This document shows, one piece after another, positions 22,714-34,200 of a DNA stretch of 64,000 nucleotides. This DNA is from Rebecca billardiae RCC1528. Taxonomy: Eukaryota; Protista; Haptophyta. Location: the NCBI GenBank assembly GCA_965240325.2, contig OZ251229.1, positions 1,860,001 to 1,924,000 on the forward strand, in the 5' to 3' direction. The notes under the pieces were generated by a model. The model worked only from the letters and a program-made list of their open reading frames with translations, was not told the DNA's origin and did not search any database. The translations under genes were made by a program, and so were the position numbers. How positions within the stretch are numbered: position 1 is the first letter of the stretch; the number at the start of each line of letters is the position of its first letter.

Positions 22714-25700
22714 CGGCGGCGGCGACGGCGGCAGCTGAGGCGATGGCGGCTGCTGCTCGTCAGGTGCGCTCGAAACTGCTGCAGCAGCGGGCGTTCCGCC
22801 TTGCGGCAGCGTGGGAAGCGCTGATGGCGTGGTTCGCGCGTTCAGCGCGGTCAAGTGCGCAGCAGCACGCTTCACTGACGAGACGGCCTCGCGCACGCGC
22901 TGGTTGCGCAGCCACGCACTGTGGTACGTGCGCAGGTAAACCGGCAGCTTGGGAAAGATGGTGATGCCGTCCACCGACGCGCACCACGTGATGGCCATGG
23001 CGTCGTAGTCGATCTTCCCGGGCTGCGCGAGGGCGAGGCTCATGAACAGCTTCTTCTCGGCCTCGCCGTACACCGGGAGCAGCGGCAGCGTCGTGCCCAT
23101 CGCCTCGCAGAGATAGAGCTGGTCCCTGGTGAGCGTGGGCTGCCTGTCGAGCGCGATGGCGCTGATCGCCAGCGCCAGCTCGGGCGTGTGCAGCGCAACC
23201 GTGCCAAAGCGCTCAGCAGTCGGTCGGAAGTCGCTGGCGTTCACCCACTCGGGGTAGAGCAGCACGCCGTGATTGTGCTCCACGAGCAGCTGCAGCGCGT
23301 CGATCATCCACGTGTCGACATGGCCGATACGCGGGAAGCCGAAGCGGCGCAGCTCAGACACAGAGTGAGTGTGCCGGTGACGGAACTCGGCGAGGACTGC
23401 ATCAGCCAGACGCACGCCCACAAGCCAGCCCAGGAAGTTGTGCTTGAGGCCCTTATGCGAGTTCTCCGTCATGTTGGTGCCTCTCGAGCAGAGAAGGAGC
23501 GGGATGCCGTGCGTGTCGAAGGCGGGCTCGCCCTTGGCATCGAGCTGCTGCATGTAGAAGGACACGCCTGGTGGATCTGACGCGTGGCCGGCGATGATCT
23601 CGAGCAGCACATTGTTCGCACGCTTCCACGCCTCCTCGTTGAAGAGTGCAGCGCCCGACTCGGGGTCGATCCGCGGGCCGTAGAGCAAGAAGACGGCTCG
23701 CACGCGCCAATAGAGCGTGCTCGGAGGCAGCACAGCTCGGCGGACTCGCTTTCGGAAGTAGTCCGGGTTGTAGTACATCATCGCCTCAATCACCTCCTCC
23801 TCCTTGCCGTCCGCACGCAGGCTTGCCTTGACCCTGGCGAGCTCGGCGGGATGCCACGTGAGGAACGCCTCGCGGAACGCGACAAAATACGCCTTTTTGG
23901 AGGAATGGTTGATCGGCACCTTGGGCCGGTCCATGAAGTGGAATGGATCTCCGAGCACGCTCGAGAAGCTGTCGGCAATGCTGCTCGGCGGCTCGGCGAG
24001 AGGGCTTGCCGGCTGAGGCTGCCTCGCGCGCTCACTGCCGGCGCTCGCGCAGGCTTGGATGTCCGCGATCTCATTAGCGGTCAGCTCGACGCCGGTCCAC
24101 TCCTCGCCACCATCGAGATCGTCTGCGAGCGCGCCGTGGTGCAAACGGCCCGCGCCATCGTCGTCACCGGCAGTAGGCGTGTCTGCGATGGGATCCAGAG
24201 ACATCGGCGCCGTCGCGCCTGCCGCACCGGCATCTGGCAATGCCGAAGTCCCCGCGCCGGATGCGTCTTCGGCCAGCCGCGCGCCGCCCGCGGGCTGCTC
24301 GATCACAGCGCGGTGCTCCTTAAGCATCGTGAACGGCAGCACGATCTCGAAGGGTGGCGGGCCAAAGTCGCCGAGAGCAGCGCGATCTGCGCCATGCTTG
24401 ACGCCAGGCACGACGAGCGAAGCCGCCTTCACCGACGTGACCCGCACGCGCGCTCGGCTGCCCGTGCTGCGCATCGACTGCGGAGTGAAGCCGGCTGGCA
24501 GCCGCCATACTCCGCCGTCCAGAAGTATGCCAACTCCGGCGGCTGGAGCAGCCAGATCGACGATGGCGCCGTGCGACGGCACGATGTCGACGACGAGGTT
24601 CGTCGCCGCGGCGGCGGGCGAGAGGCGCAAAGTGAGATCGGGGAGTTTCACCAAATGGAAGAAGACCTCGAGCCCCTTGATCACGTCGAGCGCCGCGTAC
24701 TCCACCTGCTTGGTCGAAAGCTGCTCGGTCGACCACCTCGACGAGCAGCGCACGGTCGGGTCCTTGTCGAGCTGCTCGTCCAGCACCAGCTCGACGAGGC
24801 GCTCGAGGCTGGCCGTGGGCGTTCGGATGACGCCACGCCTCGCGGCCATCGGCGCCAGCTCGACGATGCGCTCCCTGCTCACCACATCCGAGTTCCAGCT
24901 GAAGTCCTTGCCAATCTTCTTGAAGTCTGCTGCGATGCAGCTCCCGACGAAGGTGAGCGCGGGGTCTGCGAAGAGGGCGGTGAGCCGGTCAGGAAGGCGC
25001 GTGAGGCCGCGCAGCTGCACAACGAGCGCCTTGATCGGGCCGTGCTCGTCGTCGCAGTAGCTCAGCTGGATCACTGCGACTGGGCCTTGGTCGACGCCGC
25101 CGTGTCCATCCCGGGTCACGTTCCACTCCGCGTCGAGGCTGAGGAATCGGCATGACGCCGGCAGCCCGTTGACGACGCTGCGGAGCGCGTCCACCTTGGT
25201 GTTGATCACGCGCGCGCCGCGAGCGACCACGTATCGCGATGACTCCACAGAGCACGTGGGCCGCTGCTCGAGTGCGTCGTGGGCCGGAGTTGCCCTGTCC
25301 AGCTCAGCCTGCGACTCCCGCAGCGACGGCATCGTGGCCAGGAAGAAGGGCTTGTCGTCCGCCGGCTTGTCGGTGAAGAGCAGATGCGGCAGCGGCTGGC
25401 CGTAGGCGGTCATCGTCTCCTGCAGCGCGTTGAGAGCACCGTTCATCTGGTCGTGCCCGTCAGTCACGATGTGGAACTGCACCCTGATCTCGCCGAGCTC
25501 GTTGGTGCCAGTGACAAGTGCGCGAAAGATTTGCTCACCGTGGTACGTGGCGAGGCGCTTGGCCTCCTGGTAGGACACGTCCCAGTGCAGCGTCGTCGCC
25601 CCGCGCTTCTTCATCTCGCAGTCCAAAAAGTCGCGCATCCTCGAGACGTACTTGATGTACACCTCGCCGAGGTAGGCGCCAGACGGCACCGAGCCGGCGT

Positions 25701-28700
25701 ACTTGTCCTTGTCCGCAAAGGTGGAGAACATGCCGGTAGGTGTCCCCGCAGGCACGAAGGGCTGGGCTCGGTCTCGGGCGAGGCGACGTTCGCGAGCAAG
25801 CTGAGCGCGGGTGTGACACTTCGACTGCAGCTCGAGCAGCATCTTCGAGATGGTGTTCGGCCGTACGCCCGCAAAGCTGAGCAGCGGCCTCATGATGTCC
25901 ACGACGAGCAGGTCGACGCCGCCGCGGTGCGTGAGGAAGGCAGGGAACGTCTCGCCGAAGCCGTGCGGCAGCAAGGGCACGGAGTCCTCGTCGTAGCCCA
26001 TGAAGGTGTACGCAGTGCGCTCACGGGTGCCGTCGTCAACGGGCTCGTCAACGGTCATGCCGCGCGCCTCGGCGGCGCGCTTTGCATCCGTCGCCTCACG
26101 CATGCAGTCGTGGCACTTGTACCGCCGGCTGATGATGTAGTAGTCGCGGGTGAGCCCGGTGATGCGGCGGCCGAAGTGGTTCGTGCGCCAGCCGTGCGCG
26201 CCCACACACTTCGAAGAGCGATGCCGTGGGCAAGGTGGCATGCCAAGGTGCTCACCAAACTGGATGTCGGGGAGCCAAACCTTCACGTCGCAGTAGTACT
26301 CGACCTCGTCGCAGGGCAGGCCAAGCTTCTTGCACAACGCAGGCGCGCTCCTCGCGCGCAGCCAGAAAGCCTCCGACTCCGGGATAGGCTCCGCGCTGAG
26401 CAGCCGAATCAACCACCGGTCGACGACGGGGCCGTGCGTGCTGGACTCGATCTGGAGCCGGTTGGAGATCGCCTTGAGGTAGGGCTCCATGACACCGCCG
26501 GCGGAAGCGACAGGCTCCTCCAAGCCCTCGTCTGTCTCCTCGGGCTCCGTGGTGACATCAGGTGGCTGGAACGTGGGGCGTGCGCCCGTCGTCGGTGCGG
26601 CTCTCGCCGCGCCCGCCGCGTCCACGCCCGCCACCGCCGCTGCTCTGATCGGGCTCGCCGCCTCCTCCGCCGCCGCCGCCGCCGCCAATCCGCGCGCACC
26701 GCCCGCACCGCGAGCCGCCGCCGCTGCCGCCGCTGGTGACACCGCGCCCGCCGCGCCGCCGCCCGGGGCTGCTGCGGATCTCGCCGCGTCAGTCGCGCCA
26801 TCGCTCGCCGACGGCGCGGCTCTCGCCGCGCCCGTCGCGTCCCGCGCCACCGCCGCTGCTGCTCTGATCGAGCTCGCCGCCTCCTCCGCCGCCGCCGCCG
26901 CCGCCGCCAATCCGCGCGCACCGCCCGCACCGCGAGCCGCCGCCGCTGCCGCCGCTGGTGACACCGCGCCCGCCGCGCCGCCGCCCGGGGCTGCTGCGGA
27001 TCTCGCCGCGTCAGTCGCGCCATCGCTCGCCGACGGCGCGGCTCTCGCCGCGCCCGTCGCGTCCCGCGCCACCGCCGCTGCTGCTCTGATCGAGCTCGCC
27101 GCCTCCTCCGCCGCCGCCGCCGCCGCCGCCAATCCGCGCGCACCGCCCGCACCGCGAGCCGCCGCCGCTGCCGCCGCTGGTGACACCGCGCCCGCCGCGC
27201 CGCCGCCCGGGGCTGCTGCGGATCTCGCCGCGTCAGTCGCGCCATCGCTCGCCGACGGCGCGGCTCTCGCCGCGCCCGTCGCGTCCCGCGCCACCGCCGC
27301 TGCTGCTCTGATCGAGCTCGCCGCCTCCTCCGCCGCCGCCGCCGCCGCCGCCAATCCGCGCGCACCGTCCGCGCCGCGAGCCGCAGCTGCCGCCGCTCGT
27401 GACACCGCGCCCGCCGCGCCGTCGCCTGCGGCTGCTGCGGATCTCGCCGCGTCAGTCGCGCCATCGCTCGCCGACGGCGCGGCTCTCGCCGCGCCCGTCG
27501 CGTCCCGCGCCACCGCCGCTGCTGCTCTGATCGAGCTCGCCGCCTCCTCCGCCGCCGCCGCCGCCGCCGCCAATCCGCGCGCACCGCCCGCACCGCGAGC
27601 CGCCGCCGCTGCCGCCGCTGGTGACACCGCGCCCGCCGCGCCGCCGCCCGGGGCTGCTGCGGATCTCGCCGCGTCAGTCGCGCCATCGCTCGCCGACGGC
27701 GCGGCTCTCGCCGCGCCCGTCGCGTCCCGCGCCACCGCCGCTGCTGCTCTGATCGAGCTCGCCGCCTCCTCCGCCGCCGCCGCCGCCGCCGCCAATCCGC
27801 GCGCACCGTCCGCGCCGCGAGCCGCAGCTGCCGCCGCTCGTGACACCGCGCCCGCCGCGCCGTCGCCTGCGGCTGCTGCGGATCTCGCCGCGTCAGTCGC
27901 GCCATCGCTCGCCGACGGCGCGGCTCTCGCCGCGCCCGTCGCGTCCCGCGCCACCGCCGCTGCTGCTCTGATCGAGCTCGCCGCCTCCTCCGCCGCCGCC
28001 GCCGCCGCCGCCAATCCGCGCGCACCGTCCGCGCCGCGAGCCGCAGCTGCCGCCGCTCGTGACACCGCGCCCGCCGCGCCGTCGCCTGCGGCTGCTGCGG
28101 ATCTCGCCGCGTCAGTCGCGCCATCGCTCGCCGACGGCGCGGCTCTCGCCGCGCCCGTCGCGTCCCGCGCCACCGCCGCTGCTGCTCTGATCGAGCTCGC
28201 CGCCTCCTCCGCCGCCGCCGCCGCCGCCGCCAATCCGCGCGCACCGTCCGCGCCGCGAGCCGCAGCTGCCGCCGCTCGTGACACCGCGCCCGCCGCGCCG
28301 TCGCCTGCGGCTGCTGCGGATCTCGCCGCGTCAGTCGCGCCATCGCTCGCCGACGGCGCGGCTCTCGCCGCGCCCGTCGCGTCCCGCGCCACCGCCGCTG
28401 CTGCTCTGATCGAGCTCGCCGCCTCCTCCGCCGCCGCCGCCGCCGCCGCCAATCCGCGCGCACCGTCCGCGCCGCGAGCCGCAGCTGCCGCCGCTCGTGA
28501 CACCGCGCCCGCCGCGCCGTCGCCTGCGGCTGCTGCGGATCTCGCCGCGTCAGTCGCGCCATCGCTCGCCGACGGCGCGGCTCTCGCCGCGCCCGTCGCG
28601 TCCCGCGCCACCGCCGCTGCTGCTCTGATCGAGCTCGCCGCCTCCTCCGCCGCCGCCGCCGCCGCCGCCAATCCGCGCGCACCGTCCGCGCCGCGAGCCG

Positions 28701-29412
28701 CAGCTGCCGCCGCTCGTGACACCGCGCCCGCCGCGCCGTCGCCTGCGGCTGCTGCGGATCTCGCCGCACCCGCCGCGCCATCGCTCGCCGACGGCGCGGC
28801 TCTCGCCGCGCCCGTCGCGTCCCGCGCCACCGCCGCTGCTGCTCTGATCGAGCTCGCCGCCTCCTCCGCCGCCGCCGCCGCCGCCGCCAATCCGCGCGCA
28901 CCGTCCGCGCCGCGAGCCGCAGCTGCCGCCGCTCGTGACACCGCGCCCGCCGCGCCGTCGCCTGCGGCTGCTGCGGATCTCGCCGCACCCGCCGCGCCAT
29001 CGCCCGCAGCTGTTGCTCTGGCCGTGGCGTTGAAGCTGGAGGCATCCAGCTCCGCCTGCGGCCCATCGGCGGTGCGAGCGCCGCCTCTGCCACTGCGCTC
29101 CACATCTCTGCAGGCGCCGCTGCCAGCAGATGTGAGATCAGCTGCCCCCGTGTTAGCGGCAGCGCCGGAAGGTCTGCTGCCGTCAGAAGCGGCATGAATG
29201 GGCCGTGACGTTGGCTGGGTGCTCCCCGCGCCCCCAGCAGTCACCCTCGGCTGGAAAAAGGTATCTCGCGCCACCTTCCTCCTCGTCTCCGCCTCTGCAG
29301 CCTTGTTGGCGACCATCTCGTCCTTCTTGGTGGCTCGCGCGGCCACTGTATCGGCATCTAGATTGCTGCGTTTCCGCTGCGTCTTGTCCTTTGCGCCTTT
29401 TGTGCGTCCCAT
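22327..29412 (-). CDS. 2361-aa DDE transposase-like protein with embedded DEDDy 3'-5' exonuclease, Ala-rich repeats, poly-Q and C-terminal Cys cluster (copy 1)
   Basis: Candidate catalytic motifs HWDVSY, LFTDK, GDPFH (DxxH) and RGTNMTENSH. ExoI LSLDAEW, ExoII AADFKKI, ExoIII EYAALDV. Cys motifs CPRH..C..H..CHDC and CKRC..C..C. Confidence 0.85.
26580..29010. repeat. Coding minisatellite, 11 units of 219/222 bp (copy 1)
   Basis: AATCCGCGCGCACC recurs at 26687, 26909, 27131, 27353, 27572, 27794, 28013, 28232, 28451, 28670 and 28889. Confidence 0.95.
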
Positions 29413-30614
29413 TTTGCCGCGGAGAGGTGCTCAATTGGGCCGGTTCTGCACGCGACGGGCATGGCCACGGGCATGGCGCAGAGGGCGAAAGCAGATGAGC
29501 CTACTGAAGCGCAAGCTCTGCTGGGCACGCAACGCGAGCTGTGGAGGTTGCGGCACACTTACACCCGCAACATACCGCGTGGGGATGAGCGGCTAAGGTC
29601 TCAGAACGGCCGGGCGATGGGTCGATGGAGCCGGGGCATGAAATGATGCGGCCTTGCTGCTTTGCAACCGAGGCGGCCCGTTAGTCGCCTGATCTCGGCC
29701 CTCGCGAGATCACCTCACTTGTCATCTCATTGGCTGAGCCAAAAGATAGCAGTCTGAAGTCCTATGTGAGCCAAAAGATAGCCCAATAAGTAAAAGTCCT
29801 GCCCAAGCCCTTCCGGACAGCCAAAAGAGTCCACCAGCATGCCCTAGTAGCCGCTCACCGGCAAATTGTCCATGCTGGTGGAGTTATTATAAACTCGCGC
29901 CGAAAAAAGGGGAGAGGAGGAAAAGGGGGAAGGAGGAGGGAAGAAGAAGGAGAAAAAAAGGAAAGAAAGAGGAGGGAGAGGAGGGAGAGGAGGGAGAGGA
30001 GGGGCTCTACTCCGGAGCTCTGCTCCTGGACCGGACCCGCTCTCGGTGACGGCCTAATAGGGGGCGCGCCGCCGGATAAAGCGATCTGCGACGAAAGGCT
30101 CAGGCGGCTCATCAATTGGAAGAATTGGGGCGGCCGCCCAATGCAGCCTCGCCGAAGTGGTCATCGTAAATTTGGTCGTCGTAACACACACATTGCTATG
30201 CCTATGGCTATGGGCCTTTCAACTTCAGAGAGTTGAGGCGCGGACCAATCGGCTTCGAGCCACTGAGGTTTCGTCGCAGATCGATTTATTACAGAGTATC
30301 GTCTATGTATCGGACCGCCAGCAACGACAGGCCCGATTCGTCACAGGACACCGACGATACGGCGCGACAGCAGCTGTTCAAGCTGTACATGAATTTCATC
30401 AGACGACTACTGCCAGACACTGACAGTACTTCCTTTTGACCCCGCGGCCCGCGCCCCTGGCAGCGCAGAGTCTACATCAACTATTATATATATATATATA
30501 TATGTGTGGCGTTATAGCCGCCTGGAATCTATGACTGAGTGTCTATGAGCGACGCCAAGAATCCGGCTCGCATGGCACTTCCAGCGTTGTCCCGCGCGCA
30601 GGCAGCAGCGCTAC

Positions 30615-30654
<40 letters not shown>

Positions 30655-30875
30655 TTATATATATTATTACTACTTTATTAATAAACCATCGCATATATTC
30701 ATATTGATAAGATACTAGCGAGTCGTCCCCGAGCCGTCCACCAGCTCAGCGTCACGAACTGCTCATATCATGCGTGCCGCAGCCCTCACTACAGCGCTCC
30801 CCAATCCTCGTCGCCGCCGCCACCGCGACGAGTTGGGGTCTCTCGAGCCGAGCGCTGCCAGATACGCACGGCCCG

Positions 30876-31194
30876 TCAGCTTCGGCGCCCCCCAAACTCG
30901 TCGAAGTACTGGCACCCCGCCTCGCCGTAGTTCGATGCGCGCCCTCTGCATTCTTCAGCCATCTCGCCATGGTTGCGGGCGCAGCGCTTGCACCTGCGAG
31001 TTTGGCGCTGGCCTTTGTCTCCCTGCCGTTCACGAGAGCGCTTGCCGCGCGGCGGCGCCTGCGGAGCGACCGGGATGCCGATCAGCGTGCCCGCCACAGT
31101 CATCATCGGCAGCGGCGCGTGCGTGGTGAGGACAGCAGGTGGCGTGGGCATCGTAGGCTGCTCATTCATGCGCGGCCAAACGAAACCGCCGTGC

Positions 31195-31262
<68 letters not shown>

Positions 31263-34200
31263 CGGCGGCGGCGACGGCGGCAGCTGAGGCGATGGCGGCT
31301 GCTGCTCGTCAGGTGCGCTCGAAACTGCTGCAGCAGCGGGCGTTCCGCCTTGCGGCAGCGTGGGAAGCGCTGATGGCGTGGTTCGCGCGTTCAGCGCGGT
31401 CAAGTGCGCAGCAGCACGCTTCACTGACGAGACGGCCTCGCGCACGCGCTGGTTGCGCAGCCACGCACTGTGGTACGTGCGCAGGTAAACCGGCAGCTTG
31501 GGAAAGATGGTGATGCCGTCCACCGACGCGCACCACGTGATGGCCATGGCGTCGTAGTCGATCTTCCCGGGCTGCGCGAGGGCGAGGCTCATGAACAGCT
31601 TCTTCTCGGCCTCGCCGTACACCGGGAGCAGCGGCAGCGTCGTGCCCATCGCCTCGCAGAGATAGAGCTGGTCCCTGGTGAGCGTGGGCTGCCTGTCGAG
31701 CGCGATGGCGCTGATCGCCAGCGCCAGCTCGGGCGTGTGCAGCGCAACCGTGCCAAAGCGCTCAGCAGTCGGTCGGAAGTCGCTGGCGTTCACCCACTCG
31801 GGGTAGAGCAGCACGCCGTGATTGTGCTCCACGAGCAGCTGCAGCGCGTCGATCATCCACGTGTCGACATGGCCGATACGCGGGAAGCCGAAGCGGCGCA
31901 GCTCAGACACAGAGTGAGTGTGCCGGTGACGGAACTCGGCGAGGACTGCATCAGCCAGACGCACGCCCACAAGCCAGCCCAGGAAGTTGTGCTTGAGGCC
32001 CTTATGCGAGTTCTCCGTCATGTTGGTGCCTCTCGAGCAGAGAAGGAGCGGGATGCCGTGCGTGTCGAAGGCGGGCTCGCCCTTGGCATCGAGCTGCTGC
32101 ATGTAGAAGGACACGCCTGGTGGATCTGACGCGTGGCCGGCGATGATCTCGAGCAGCACATTGTTCGCACGCTTCCACGCCTCCTCGTTGAAGAGTGCAG
32201 CGCCCGACTCGGGGTCGATCCGCGGGCCGTAGAGCAAGAAGACGGCTCGCACGCGCCAATAGAGCGTGCTCGGAGGCAGCACAGCTCGGCGGACTCGCTT
32301 TCGGAAGTAGTCCGGGTTGTAGTACATCATCGCCTCAATCACCTCCTCCTCCTTGCCGTCCGCACGCAGGCTTGCCTTGACCCTGGCGAGCTCGGCGGGA
32401 TGCCACGTGAGGAACGCCTCGCGGAACGCGACAAAATACGCCTTTTTGGAGGAATGGTTGATCGGCACCTTGGGCCGGTCCATGAAGTGGAATGGATCTC
32501 CGAGCACGCTCGAGAAGCTGTCGGCAATGCTGCTCGGCGGCTCGGCGAGAGGGCTTGCCGGCTGAGGCTGCCTCGCGCGCTCACTGCCGGCGCTCGCGCA
32601 GGCTTGGATGTCCGCGATCTCATTAGCGGTCAGCTCGACGCCGGTCCACTCCTCGCCACCATCGAGATCGTCTGCGAGCGCGCCGTGGTGCAAACGGCCC
32701 GCGCCATCGTCGTCACCGGCAGTAGGCGTGTCTGCGATGGGATCCAGAGACATCGGCGCCGTCGCGCCTGCCGCACCGGCATCTGGCAATGCCGAAGTCC
32801 CCGCGCCGGATGCGTCTTCGGCCAGCCGCGCGCCGCCCGCGGGCTGCTCGATCACAGCGCGGTGCTCCTTAAGCATCGTGAACGGCAGCACGATCTCGAA
32901 GGGTGGCGGGCCAAAGTCGCCGAGAGCAGCGCGATCTGCGCCATGCTTGACGCCAGGCACGACGAGCGAAGCCGCCTTCACCGACGTGACCCGCACGCGC
33001 GCTCGGCTGCCCGTGCTGCGCATCGACTGCGGAGTGAAGCCGGCTGGCAGCCGCCATACTCCGCCGTCCAGAAGTATGCCAACTCCGGCGGCTGGAGCAG
33101 CCAGATCGACGATGGCGCCGTGCGACGGCACGATGTCGACGACGAGGTTCGTCGCCGCGGCGGCGGGCGAGAGGCGCAAAGTGAGATCGGGGAGTTTCAC
33201 CAAATGGAAGAAGACCTCGAGCCCCTTGATCACGTCGAGCGCCGCGTACTCCACCTGCTTGGTCGAAAGCTGCTCGGTCGACCACCTCGACGAGCAGCGC
33301 ACGGTCGGGTCCTTGTCGAGCTGCTCGTCCAGCACCAGCTCGACGAGGCGCTCGAGGCTGGCCGTGGGCGTTCGGATGACGCCACGCCTCGCGGCCATCG
33401 GCGCCAGCTCGACGATGCGCTCCCTGCTCACCACATCCGAGTTCCAGCTGAAGTCCTTGCCAATCTTCTTGAAGTCTGCTGCGATGCAGCTCCCGACGAA
33501 GGTGAGCGCGGGGTCTGCGAAGAGGGCGGTGAGCCGGTCAGGAAGGCGCGTGAGGCCGCGCAGCTGCACAACGAGCGCCTTGATCGGGCCGTGCTCGTCG
33601 TCGCAGTAGCTCAGCTGGATCACTGCGACTGGGCCTTGGTCGACGCCGCCGTGTCCATCCCGGGTCACGTTCCACTCCGCGTCGAGGCTGAGGAATCGGC
33701 ATGACGCCGGCAGCCCGTTGACGACGCTGCGGAGCGCGTCCACCTTGGTGTTGATCACGCGCGCGCCGCGAGCGACCACGTATCGCGATGACTCCACAGA
33801 GCACGTGGGCCGCTGCTCGAGTGCGTCGTGGGCCGGAGTTGCCCTGTCCAGCTCAGCCTGCGACTCCCGCAGCGACGGCATCGTGGCCAGGAAGAAGGGC
33901 TTGTCGTCCGCCGGCTTGTCGGTGAAGAGCAGATGCGGCAGCGGCTGGCCGTAGGCGGTCATCGTCTCCTGCAGCGCGTTGAGAGCACCGTTCATCTGGT
34001 CGTGCCCGTCAGTCACGATGTGGAACTGCACCCTGATCTCGCCGAGCTCGTTGGTGCCAGTGACAAGTGCGCGAAAGATTTGCTCACCGTGGTACGTGGC
34101 GAGGCGCTTGGCCTCCTGGTAGGACACGTCCCAGTGCAGCGTCGTCGCCCCGCGCTTCTTCATCTCGCAGTCCAAAAAGTCGCGCATCCTCGAGACGTAC

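Larger units (their letters stand above)
21311..29852 (-). mobile_element. 8542-bp autonomous Mutator-like DNA transposon, copy 1
   Basis: Imperfect TIR GGC-N8-CATGCTGGTGGA at both ends; preceded by GCTCACCG (21303-21310); one long ORF. Confidence 0.88.

Noticed and set aside
26580-29010. CRISPR-like array
   Set aside because: Units are contiguous with no unique spacers, and there are no cas genes.
26409-29197. 928-aa Arg-rich and 902-aa antisense ORFs (also in copy 2)
   Set aside because: Shadow frames of a stop-free, GC-rich, 3n-length repeat; no independent coding evidence.
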